This document shows positions 1 to 8,826 of a stretch of DNA of 64,000 nucleotides, piece after piece. The position numbers were made by a program, and so were the translations under genes. Numbering within the stretch: the first letter of the stretch is position 1; each line of letters opens with the position of its first letter. The notes beneath the pieces are model-generated. The model made no database searches and had not been told where the DNA came from. It saw only the letters and a list, made by a program, of their open reading frames with translations. The stretch lies in NCBI GenBank assembly GCA_050949565.1, contig JBMNFY010000017.1, positions 1,184,001 through 1,248,000 of the forward strand. The letters are read 5' to 3'. This DNA comes from Kiritimatiellia bacterium (GTDB lineage: Bacteria > Verrucomicrobiota > Kiritimatiellia > RFP12 > UBA1067).

Positions 1-112
1 AAAACGACTCGGTGTCCTGCCCGGCACGCCGAGCGGACCAGGAGCCGACCAGCACCACCGACGCCAAGAAACCCAAGATGATCCATGCGTCCAGCCAAGA
101 AAGCGTCAACAT
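1..112 (-). CDS. Sodium:solute symporter family protein, N-terminus (runs off window)
   Basis: Manual translation from ATG at 112 gives MLTLSWLDAWIILGFLASVVLVGSWSARRAGQDTESF, a typical SSS first TM helix; not in the ORF track. Confidence 0.7.
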   Translation of the reverse strand, partial: MLTLSWLDAWIILGFLASVVLVGSWSARRAGQDTESF

Positions 113-199
113 ACGAACGTCCCTTCGTGAGTGGGTCGATGTCCAGCAGGGAACTTCCGCTCAGAGGCCGGGCGTTCCCTGCTGGACGACTCGCCTTGC

Positions 200-1549
200 T
201 TATTTCTTCATGTACGCCGCCGCCACCTTCTTGAAGGCGTCGATGCACGCCTGCATGTGCGCCTCGGTGTAGACGGGATGGGTGAAGAAGCACATCGTGC
301 GGTCGGTCAGCCAATGCGCGGTCGGACAGTCCATCTGCGTGTAATCAATGTTACGCGCCTTGGGATCGAAGAACGGATACTTCGCCACGCCGAAGCCGTT
401 ACGCTCGATGTAGGCGCGCTCCTTGTACATCTCCGGCCAGAGCACGCTGTAGACCGGCACGCCCTCGGCCGCGATCGCCGCGATGAACTCCTTCATCGTG
501 CAGGTCAGCTTGGAGGTGTCCAGCACGAACGGCGCCCACCAGTAGGAGTTCTGCCGGTCCTTGGTGTCCAGCGGCGTATGCAGCACCAGCGGATGCTTCT
601 CCAGCGCCTTCTTCACCATCTTGCCGTTGCGGATGCGGTTCTTGAGATTCCAAGAGTCGAAGCGCTTCAACTCGCACAGGCCGATCTGGGACTGAATCTC
701 GGTCATGCGGTAATTAAAGCCGACCCGCTTGTGGATGTACATCAGCTTGCCTTCCATCTCCAGCAGGTTCAGGCGCTCCTTCACGTCATAACCGTGGTCG
801 CGGAACGAGCGGCACTCCCACGCGAGATCGTCGTCGTTCGTGACGACCATGCCGCCTTCACCGCCGGTGGTAAAGTGCTTGCTCTGGCAGAAGCTGAAGC
901 AACCCACGTGACCGATCGTGCCGGCCTTGCGCCCTTTGTAGAGGCCGCCGAAACACTGCGCGCAATCTTCGATCACCTTGAGGTTGTACTTCTTGGCGAT
1001 CTTCATGATCGGGTCCATGTCCACGACCACGCCGTACAGGTGCACCACCACGATGCCGCGCGTACGCTCCGTGATCTTTTCCTCGATCTGCTTGGGATCG
1101 ATCTGGTGGTCGTACCCCACGTCGGTGAAGACCGGCAACGCGCCCGCCTGCAGAACGCAGAATGAGGAAGCGATGAACGAGTAGGACGGACAGATCACCT
1201 CGTCACCAGGGCCAATTCCCAATGACGCGATCGCGGTGTGCAGCGCCGCCGTGCCGTTCGTCACGCTGATGGCATTGCGCACGCCCAACCATTTGGCGAA
1301 CGCGGTCTCAAACTGCATGCCGACCGGTCCCGTCCAATAGTTCACCTTGCCGCTCACCAACGGCTCCAGCGCCGTCTTCAGGGACTCTTCCGAAAAAGAG
1401 GGCCACATGGGGAACCCCTTGTCCCATACTTTGGGACCACCGTTCACCGCCAGAGCGACTGACTGCACCGCGCTTTTTTTCACGGGCTTTTTCACGGCCT
1501 TCTTCACGGTCTTTTTACTCGTACTCTTTTTGCCTGTAGCTTTTTTCAT
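200..1549 (-). CDS. DegT/DnrJ/EryC1/StrS family PLP-dependent aminotransferase with Lys-rich N-terminal extension
   Basis: Motifs NGTAALH, VHLYG, IEDCAQ, FSFCQSKHFTTGGEGG, GFNYRMTE; start at 1549 follows an AAAGGAG RBS. Confidence 0.92.
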   Translation of the reverse strand: MKKATGKKSTSKKTVKKAVKKPVKKSAVQSVALAVNGGPKVWDKGFPMWPSFSEESLKTALEPLVSGKVNYWTGPVGMQFETAFAKWLGVRNAISVTNGTAALHTAIASLGIGPGDEVICPSYSFIASSFCVLQAGALPVFTDVGYDHQIDPKQIEEKITERTRGIVVVHLYGVVVDMDPIMKIAKKYNLKVIEDCAQCFGGLYKGRKAGTIGHVGCFSFCQSKHFTTGGEGGMVVTNDDDLAWECRSFRDHGYDVKERLNLLEMEGKLMYIHKRVGFNYRMTEIQSQIGLCELKRFDSWNLKNRIRNGKMVKKALEKHPLVLHTPLDTKDRQNSYWWAPFVLDTSKLTCTMKEFIAAIAAEGVPVYSVLWPEMYKERAYIERNGFGVAKYPFFDPKARNIDYTQMDCPTAHWLTDRTMCFFTHPVYTEAHMQACIDAFKKVAAAYMKK

Positions 1550-1614
1550 TCGTGTTTCTCCTTTGTGTGTGAACACGGGCGGTTCCGCACCACCCTATCA
1601 GTCTTTATCCATCC

Positions 1615-1715
1615 GAGGGTCTCGTAAAACCCCTTGTCTGCAAGTGTGGCACGGGCATCTTGCCCGTGTTTCATGGGCGGGACGCCCATGCCACGAGGGG
1701 TTTTGCAAGAGCCTC
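1615..1715. mobile_element. 101-bp MITE-like element with terminal inverted repeats enclosing a REP doublet
   Basis: Ends GAGGGTCTCGTAAAACCCCT / AGGGGTTTTGCAAGAGCCTC; core GTGGCACGGGCATCTTGCCCGTG-TTT-CATGGGCGGGACGCCCATGCCAC; CATCC on both flanks; near-identical copy at 12479. Confidence 0.8.
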
Positions 1716-1721
1716 CATCCA

Positions 1722-3074
1722 TCAAACCTCGACGATGCCCAGCGGCTGCGCCGTGCGCCAGGCCCCGCGCGTGAAATCCGGCACCTCGACAGCACTGCCG
1801 CCCCCGAGCACCGATCGCTCGGTCAGCTCCACCAGCGAACTCCATGCCGCGCCATCGTAGACATCCTGATCCAGCGGCAGGCCATTGAGCAGACAGTGAC
1901 AGAGGCGATACTCCATGATGTAGTCCATGCCGCCGTGTCCGCCGTTCTTCTTGGCGATCTCGCCGATCTTACGCCACAGCGGATGGGTATACTTCGCCTT
2001 CAACTCGGCGAGCGCCTTATCGTCGAGCCACGTGTGCCAGTTGGGCGAGAGCGCGACGCGCAGCGGATACGAGCGCAACGTGCCCTTGGTACCGGAAATC
2101 AAATTGATGCGGTCATACGGTCGCGGACTGTAGCGTCCGTACTGCACCATGATCGTACGTCCTTTAACGGTCCGGATGACCGTCGTGCTCATGTCGCCTG
2201 TCTTGTACGGATAACTCGCACGCGGATCGGATGCGCCGTATTTCTCGCGGACGAATGATGACAAGCCGAACTCACCGGAGCTGAGCGACACCAGACGCTC
2301 AAAGCGGTCGCCGCGATTGATGCCCATGTACTGCGCGATCGGACCGAGCCCGTGCGTCGGATACGAGTTGCCGGTGTGGTGCTTGAAAAACTCAAAGGCG
2401 TAATCTTTGTAGTAGGTACCGTCGGTCAAGCCAGCGCGCAGTTCGTGGATGTAGCCGCAGTCGCCATGCACCAACTCGCCCAGCAATCCATTGCGCGCCA
2501 ACATGAGCGCAAACAGCTCATCCTCGCCGTAGCAGCAGTTCTCCAGCATCATGCAGTGCAGACGCGTCTTTTCCGCCATCTCCACCAGGCTCCAGCAGCC
2601 CTCCACCGTCATGGCGATCGGCACCTCAACACACACATGCTTGCTGCACTGCATGGCGTACAGCGCCATCGGTACATGGAACTGCCAAGGCGTGCAGACG
2701 TAGACCAAGTTCACGTCCGGCCGTTCACAGAGCTTCTTGTAAACCTCCTCCGACCCAAAGTACGTCTGCGGTTTGGCGTGACCGGCGGCGACCACATCCC
2801 GCGCGCTTTTCTCGGCGCGGTCCTCGAACACATCGCAAATCGCCACCACCCGCGTTTTAGGAATGCGGCTGAGCCGATTGACCGCGCCCGGTCCGCGCTT
2901 GCCGACGCCGATGATGCCGACGCGCACCTCATCCAGCTTCGGAGCCGTCAACCCCATCACCGACTCGCCGGTTCGCGGTGCCCGCCCCAAGGTCCGGCAT
3001 CCCGCCGCCTGCATCGAGGCCGCAAGACCCGCCGCTGCCGAAGCCACTTTCAAGAACTCACGCCGCTTTGTCAT
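1722..3074 (-). CDS. Gfo/Idh/MocA family, GH109-like alpha-N-acetylgalactosaminidase, Tat signal
   Basis: MTKRREFLK twin-arginine leader; GVGKRG, CTPWQFH, MMLENCCY, YPTHGLGP, GGHGGMD. Confidence 0.88.
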   Translation of the reverse strand: MTKRREFLKVASAAAGLAASMQAAGCRTLGRAPRTGESVMGLTAPKLDEVRVGIIGVGKRGPGAVNRLSRIPKTRVVAICDVFEDRAEKSARDVVAAGHAKPQTYFGSEEVYKKLCERPDVNLVYVCTPWQFHVPMALYAMQCSKHVCVEVPIAMTVEGCWSLVEMAEKTRLHCMMLENCCYGEDELFALMLARNGLLGELVHGDCGYIHELRAGLTDGTYYKDYAFEFFKHHTGNSYPTHGLGPIAQYMGINRGDRFERLVSLSSGEFGLSSFVREKYGASDPRASYPYKTGDMSTTVIRTVKGRTIMVQYGRYSPRPYDRINLISGTKGTLRSYPLRVALSPNWHTWLDDKALAELKAKYTHPLWRKIGEIAKKNGGHGGMDYIMEYRLCHCLLNGLPLDQDVYDGAAWSSLVELTERSVLGGGSAVEVPDFTRGAWRTAQPLGIVEV

Positions 3075-3304
3075 GACCGCCGCCCCTCCCTCCACTTCGC
3101 TGATCCATGTGAACACCATTCAGACCATGGTTAAAGTATCGCACAACCACATCAACCCGGCAAGCGCCATATCCGGCGTTCTTGACCCTTAATCCGGCGT
3201 TGTGTGGTTTTTTGTCGTTGCCGTACGCAGCAAGATGCCGTATGGTGGTTCAGGTTTCATTGCAGCGGTTTTTAGACACGATTGACATGATTGACGTGAT
3301 TGAC

Positions 3305-4168
3305 ATGAAACTGATTGCTGAAAAATCGTCGCTCCTTTCGGCCTCCGACCTTGTCGCATGCAACCTCGTTCGCGGCATGGATTTCGGGGATGTCTGGCAC
3401 TGTCACCCCGCCTGCGAGATCACGCTGGTCCGGCGCGGCGGTTCGGAGCGATGGGTCGGCGACACCCTGGAGCCGCTCGCCCCCGGCGATCTGGTTTTTC
3501 TGGGGCCGGAGCTTCCGCACGACTACCGCAACACCCCACTGCCGAACCAGCGTCCGAAACCCGTCGAGGCCATCGTCACACACTTCATGCCGCACCTGCT
3601 GGGCGAGGAGTGGCGCACGCTGGCGGTCATGGAGCCGCTGCGGCGATTGTTCGAACGCGCCCGTCGCGGTCTGCGTATCGGCGGGCGTACCCGCGACCAC
3701 GCGGAGGCGATTCTGCTGAAGATGGTTCGTGCGCAAGGCTTGCGCCGCCTGATCCTGCTGCTCGAACTGTTGGATCTGCTGTCGCGCTCAAAGCAACTGA
3801 CCGCCATCTCCTCCGAAGGTTTTCTGCTCAAGCCCCGAACTTCTTCTTCAGACCGCATCGGCGCCGTGTGCGTCTATATTGAACAGAACTTAACCTCCAC
3901 GATCCGCGTGACCGACCTCGCCCGGATGGTGGGCCTCAGTGAGAGCGCTTTCAGCCGGTTGTTCAAGCGTTGCACCAACAGCACAGTGCCGCAATACATC
4001 AACCGTCTGCGCATCGCGCACGCCTGCCGGTTACTCGCCGAAACCGACCTGACCATCGCCGAGATCATCCGCCAATGCGGCTACCAATCCCCCGCCCACT
4101 TCCAGCGGCAATTCCAAAAGATCCACCGCCGCCCCCCGCAAACCTATCGCCGCGCATTGAGAGAGTGA
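3305..4168 (+). CDS. AraC family transcriptional regulator (cupin + HTH)
   Basis: WHCHPACEI cupin; LARMVGLSESAFSRLFK and CGYQSPAHFQRQF HTH; divergent from GH109. Confidence 0.9.
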   Translation: MKLIAEKSSLLSASDLVACNLVRGMDFGDVWHCHPACEITLVRRGGSERWVGDTLEPLAPGDLVFLGPELPHDYRNTPLPNQRPKPVEAIVTHFMPHLLGEEWRTLAVMEPLRRLFERARRGLRIGGRTRDHAEAILLKMVRAQGLRRLILLLELLDLLSRSKQLTAISSEGFLLKPRTSSSDRIGAVCVYIEQNLTSTIRVTDLARMVGLSESAFSRLFKRCTNSTVPQYINRLRIAHACRLLAETDLTIAEIIRQCGYQSPAHFQRQFQKIHRRPPQTYRRALRE

Positions 4169-4184
4169 GCAACGGAGAGGTTCT

Positions 4185-4242
4185 CCCCTCGTGGCATGGG
4201 CGTCCCGCCCATGAAACACGGGCAAGATGCCCGTGCCACACC
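4185..4242. repeat. REP doublet core without the MITE terminal inverted repeats
   Basis: Reverse complement of the core in the 1615 and 12479 elements. Confidence 0.85.
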
Positions 4243-4880
4243 AGCAAGCAAGCTTCAAAGCTGTTTGCGTCTCACAAAACGCGATTTGTGAGATTCTAAA
4301 ACACTAATGTCTAACAAGTGAGATTCAAAGCACATCCGCGAACATACCAGAATGAAAACAAAGTTTATCATAACTGGCTTATTAACAAGAAGTTGCACGT
4401 TTTAGAAAGATTGCTTTCATGAGAGGGCTGAAAACACCTGCAAGGCCAGACATTCCGGTTCATCCTTTTTGTTAGTTGGTTACGATTTGTAACCGACTGG
4501 TTTTTCTGCACCTTTTTTTTTAGCGTATACGGATATCATACGGGGTTTGCTTGAAGGTCACCTGTTCCTCTCTAAACCGTGAGAACGAGGATAGTGAGAA
4601 CGGGCAGAAAGACCTCCCTCCACCACCACGCCGCGTTGCAGAGCGGCCAGCCGTACTCGTCGTATCCGGGTTTATTGCGTTTCTTCTCGTTCATGTACGT
4701 CAGTTTAGAAATTTCGGTCTGGGGTTGTCAAGATTGCCCATAGTGTGCGCGTAAAACCTTGTACCACGCAGCCACTCCGCGCCCGCGACCATTCACAGCA
4801 CCAAAGACTCTTTACCGGGTTGTCTCCCCGCGCGCCCCCATTGCATATTCTGCGCACGCTCGGCACCCATCCTCCCACCC

Positions 4881-4954
4881 GTTTTTACACTCATCATTGC
4901 GACCACTAAGTGGTCGCAATAAGAGAGATCGACTGGCGACCCACGACCTGCGAC
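4881..4954. repeat. ~75-bp dispersed repeat with ATTGCGACCAC-N3-GTGGTCGCAAT palindrome
   Basis: Perfect 11-bp arms at 4896-4920; homologous inverted copy at 19152-19225. Confidence 0.75.
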
Positions 4955-5003
4955 AAAACTCCTAAATCCTAAATCCTAAATGTTCACTCCGCGCGCAGCG
5001 CGG
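4955..5003 (-). repeat. Hairpin + (TTTAGGA)n composite repeat
   Basis: Plus strand AAAACTCCTAAATCCTAAATCCTAAATGTTCACT followed by CCGCGC-GCA-GCGCGG. Confidence 0.75.
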
Positions 5004-6074
5004 CTATCTCTGCGCACCGAATTTGACATAGACGGGGCGGTGAAGCGCGAACGGTCCATGGGCGGGGGTGAGCCGTCCCGTGGCTTTGTCGTAAGCGTAG
5101 GACATCAGCTCGTTGGAGTTTTCGTGTCCGAGCAGCACGAACTTCTCGCCCGGCATGAATTCAAAGTCGCGCGGCGATTTGCCGACCAGCTTGGAGATCG
5201 CCAGCAGCGACATCTTGCCGGTGTCGGGATCGATGTCATACGCGGCGATGCTGTCGTGTCCCCGGTTTGAGCCGAAAAGGCGGCGGCCGTCGGATGTGAT
5301 CTTGATGGCTGACGCTTTGCTGTATTCCGTGAAATCATCCGGTAACATGGAAATCGTCTGAACGTGGATGAAGGCCTCGCCAGTGTAGAGAAACGACGAG
5401 ATCGTGTTGTTGAGTTCATTCAGCAGATAGGCGGTTTTGCCGTTCGGATGAAAGATGATGTGGCGCGGTCCGGCGCCGCCAGCCGTGGCAATGGCCAGCG
5501 CCGGTTTTTCTTTGAGCCCCGCCGCGCGACCGGGGAAGTCATACACCTTCACGCGGTCAATGCCGAGGTCGACGATGCAGAGGTGACGGCCATCCGGCGA
5601 GACTTCGGCACAATGGGCATGCGCTTTCTCTTGGCGCTTGGGATCGGGGCCGCTGCCGGTGTGCGTCACGGTGACCGGCGGCGCGTCGGCGATCCGGCCA
5701 TCTTCGGTCAGTTCAAAGACGCCGGAGAGCGCGTTGGTGTACTCGGCGAAAACGAGTGACTTCTCGTCGGGTGCGAGCGCGACGTAGCAGGGCGGGGTCA
5801 CGCCGATCGGCTTGTGATTGAGCGGCAGCAGCGTGTCGCCCTGAATCGCGTAAGCCGCGACGGCACCGTTGACGTTACGCGCACCGAACTCCGGCAGACC
5901 AAGGCCAGCGTAGAGGCGCGTACGGGCTTTGTTGAGCGAAAGGTAGATCGCATTTTCAATACCCCCGACAAGACCGACAGGCCGGAACGCGCCGGTCTCG
6001 GTGTCGCTTTCAAAAATGTGGATGCCCTCTTTTTTCTCATCCGTGTAACAGCCAACGTAGGTCAATACTTTCAT
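5004..6074 (-). CDS. pgl: 6-phosphogluconolactonase (lactonase family, beta-propeller)
   Basis: YVGCYT, RQEKAHAH, DLGIDRV, GAGPRHIIFHP, SNRGHDSI, PRDF motifs. Confidence 0.88.
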   Translation of the reverse strand: MKVLTYVGCYTDEKKEGIHIFESDTETGAFRPVGLVGGIENAIYLSLNKARTRLYAGLGLPEFGARNVNGAVAAYAIQGDTLLPLNHKPIGVTPPCYVALAPDEKSLVFAEYTNALSGVFELTEDGRIADAPPVTVTHTGSGPDPKRQEKAHAHCAEVSPDGRHLCIVDLGIDRVKVYDFPGRAAGLKEKPALAIATAGGAGPRHIIFHPNGKTAYLLNELNNTISSFLYTGEAFIHVQTISMLPDDFTEYSKASAIKITSDGRRLFGSNRGHDSIAAYDIDPDTGKMSLLAISKLVGKSPRDFEFMPGEKFVLLGHENSNELMSYAYDKATGRLTPAHGPFALHRPVYVKFGAQR

Positions 6075-6140
6075 GCCATCAGTGTGGCACGGATCGGCGC
6101 GGACTGTAAAGGGAGAAGTGAGAAGAGGGAAGGAGAAAGG

Positions 6141-6245
6141 AAATTTAGGAGTTAAAATTTAGGAGTTAGGAGTTGAATGTCAGGATCGGCGGCTTCGATA
6201 TCGACGGCTCTGCCAAAAACTCCTAATTCCTAAATCCTAACTCCT
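6141..6245. repeat. Inverted pair of TTAGGA(G/T) heptamer arrays
   Basis: AAATTTAGGAGTTAAAATTTAGGAGTTAGGAGTT (6141-6174) opposite AACTCCTAATTCCTAAATCCTAACTCCT (6218-6245). Confidence 0.8.
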
Positions 6246-6263
6246 CACTGCTATCTCCCCGCG

Positions 6264-7391
6264 CTATGCGCGGGACAGATATCGGCGCTGGACGCGGTTA
6301 CCGAATGAGCAGATGATTTCGTAGGGATGGGTGTTTTTGAGCGCGGCCCAATCCTCGACCGTCAGCGCGTGAATGCCCGTGCCGCCCAAGCAGACGACCT
6401 CATCACCCACCTGCGCCTCTGGCACGCTCTCCAGCGATACGGTCGTGTAGTCCATCGAGAGCCGTCCGATCACCGGACAGGGCACGCCATGGATCAGCAG
6501 GTAGCCCCGGTTGGAGAGTGCCAGCGGCAGGCCGTCCGCATACCCGGCCGAAACGGTGCCGACACACGTTGCATGGTGTAGGCGGTAGGTGTGGCCGTAA
6601 CCGATGCCGGTGCCAGCGGGCAGAGTGCGGATCGCGGTCAGGCGGGTTTTCAGTGTGAGCACCGGCGACACATGTAGCGTCCGGCGTCCGGCAGTATCGA
6701 AAGAACCGTGCAGGTTAATGCCAGTGCGCACTTGATTGAACGGGGCGCGACAGGCACGTGGGAAATTGTTGATCGCGTCGCTGTTGGCAATGTGCCGTTT
6801 CGCAAAGTGAATGCCGCGCGCGGCAGCCTGCTCCACGATCGCGCAGAAGGTATCCATCTGGTTGTCGGTCAATTCTGATCCGGTCTGGTACGCGTAGGGA
6901 AAGTGCGAGAAGATCCCCTCCAGCCGCAGCCCGGGCAGAGCGGCGGCCTGCTCGATCACCGGCAACGCCTCTTGCGCAAGAATCCCGAGGCGACCCATGC
7001 CGGTATCGAGTTTGACGTGCGCGGTGGCAGTGGTGCCGTGACGCACCGCCGCCGCGCTGATGCGCGCAGCAGTCACGCTGTCAGTAATGGGCAGTGTCAC
7101 GCCGGCCTCAACCATCGGCTCAATCTCGTCCGGCAAAATACTGCTGAGTATCTGCACCGGTTTGCCAAGCGGCAGAAGTTGCAAGGCTTCGTGCGGCTCG
7201 GCCACGCCGAAGCTGGTCGCGCCAGCTTGCGCAAGAGCCTCAGCAATGGGCAACACCCCCAACCCATAGGCGTTGGCCTTGAGCACAGCTAACACCACAC
7301 ACGGCGCGACCGCCTCGCTGATTTTGCGGTAGTTGTCTACAAGCGTATCAAGATCAATCTCAAGCCATACCCTGCGCGGAATATCATTCAT
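6264..7391 (-). CDS. alr: Alanine racemase
   Basis: AVLKANAYGLG PLP lysine, KLDTGMGRLG, GYADG, GRLSMD. Confidence 0.96.
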   Translation of the reverse strand: MNDIPRRVWLEIDLDTLVDNYRKISEAVAPCVVLAVLKANAYGLGVLPIAEALAQAGATSFGVAEPHEALQLLPLGKPVQILSSILPDEIEPMVEAGVTLPITDSVTAARISAAAVRHGTTATAHVKLDTGMGRLGILAQEALPVIEQAAALPGLRLEGIFSHFPYAYQTGSELTDNQMDTFCAIVEQAAARGIHFAKRHIANSDAINNFPRACRAPFNQVRTGINLHGSFDTAGRRTLHVSPVLTLKTRLTAIRTLPAGTGIGYGHTYRLHHATCVGTVSAGYADGLPLALSNRGYLLIHGVPCPVIGRLSMDYTTVSLESVPEAQVGDEVVCLGGTGIHALTVEDWAALKNTHPYEIICSFGNRVQRRYLSRA

Positions 7392-7417
7392 GCATCTCGT
7401 CCCGGTTGCGTGTTTTT

Positions 7418-8803
7418 TCAGGTCTCAAGTTGAAATGAGGGGTTCGCGGAGGTGACTAGACGGGTTGCCTCGTCGTTGCCGTCAAAGCGTCCCTTGCGGC
7501 TATTCCACGACAGACGGCCGGGCACGCGTTGCGCGATACAGCCCGTCAGCACCGTCTCCATCAACGGGCGTACATGCGAAGCGTCGTCAGGTGTCAGCGT
7601 GCCGGCACGCAACGCATCGAGAAAGCGGACGTGCGTATCCGCACTGTCCGACGGCAGCGGTGTTTGTTCGCACGCCGGATGTTTCCCGGCGTCCACCAGC
7701 CGCTTCTCGCCAGCCAGGGCCATGCGTTGCCGTCCGCCAGTTTCGTCAGCCATCAGCCACACCCCGGCTTCGCCCACCAGCAGGCAGCCACTGCTTGGGG
7801 AATTCCCGAGCGAGCGCACCACCGTCGGCAAACGGGCCGCCGCCGGTCGGCGACCGCCATCATGCCAAGTGAGTGTGACCGGCGGCCGACGGCGAGCAGG
7901 TGCGCGGAAGAACGCCTCAACGCGGCTGGCGCGCGGGTACATCTCGGATGTCGCCCCATCAACCTCCTCTGCGGTCACTGTACGGGGGGCGCCCAAGTCC
8001 AGCGCGCGGAAGGGCAGGCTCAGAAGTTGGCAGCCGACATCACCCAAAGCGCCTCCGCCGAAGTCATACCAGCCGCGCCAGTTGTAACGGTGGTAGACGC
8101 GCTGTTTGAAGGGACGGGGCGGTGCGCCACACAACCACAATTCCCAGTCCAGTTCGGGCGGCACTGGGTCGCTGCCCTCCGGCCGATTACCGCCCTGCGG
8201 CCACACTGGCCGCGCAGTCCAAGCGTGCACCTCGGTGACCGCGCCGATGATGCCGCCGCGCAACAGCGTAACCGCACGACGGAACTCTGGATGTGTTGCG
8301 GGTTCGTCGCCCATCCAGAGCGCCACGTCGTACTGGCGCGCCTTGCGCTCAAGTACAGCGGCTTCGGCGAGCGTGTGCGTCAACGGCGGTTCGATAAACA
8401 CATGGCACCCCCGCTCCATCGCCCAAGCTGCCTGTGTGGCGTGGCCGTGATTCGGCGTGGCGATCAGCACCGCATCAAGTTCGCGCTCGGCTTCGAAAAG
8501 CACACGGAAATCTTTGTAAAGCCTCATGCCCGGCTGCGTATCAGCGAGTGTGTCGCGCGCCGCGAGCAACGCGCGTTCGTCTACGTCGCACAGCGCCACC
8601 AGCCGGTCGCCTGCGGCACTGACCGCGCGCCAGCACGCCTCGCCACGTCCTGCCACACCGAGCACTGCGACATTCAACCGACTGCTGCCAACACGCCGCC
8701 GACGCGCCGCACTGACGCGTCCTACGGGCGTACGGCAGCCGCCAGCCAGAACGCTGCCCGCAAGGATCGTTTTGAGAAAGTGTCTGCGTGTCGTCGTGTT
8801 CAT
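7418..8803 (-). CDS. Gfo/Idh/MocA family oxidoreductase, Tat signal
   Basis: Start at 8803 (GAGGAGG RBS), MNTTTRRHFLK; ATPNHGH, LDWELW, NWRGWYDFGGGALGD. Confidence 0.85.
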   Translation of the reverse strand: MNTTTRRHFLKTILAGSVLAGGCRTPVGRVSAARRRRVGSSRLNVAVLGVAGRGEACWRAVSAAGDRLVALCDVDERALLAARDTLADTQPGMRLYKDFRVLFEAERELDAVLIATPNHGHATQAAWAMERGCHVFIEPPLTHTLAEAAVLERKARQYDVALWMGDEPATHPEFRRAVTLLRGGIIGAVTEVHAWTARPVWPQGGNRPEGSDPVPPELDWELWLCGAPPRPFKQRVYHRYNWRGWYDFGGGALGDVGCQLLSLPFRALDLGAPRTVTAEEVDGATSEMYPRASRVEAFFRAPARRRPPVTLTWHDGGRRPAAARLPTVVRSLGNSPSSGCLLVGEAGVWLMADETGGRQRMALAGEKRLVDAGKHPACEQTPLPSDSADTHVRFLDALRAGTLTPDDASHVRPLMETVLTGCIAQRVPGRLSWNSRKGRFDGNDEATRLVTSANPSFQLET

Positions 8804-8826
8804 GTGTCCTCCTCGCGCCGTGCGCG

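Noticed and set aside
1546-1860. Small ORFs containing WHGHLARVSWAGRPCHEG / HGRDAHAT (also near 4065, 12410-12705, 63045-63379)
   Set aside because: Translations of the REP/MITE repeat, not a protein family
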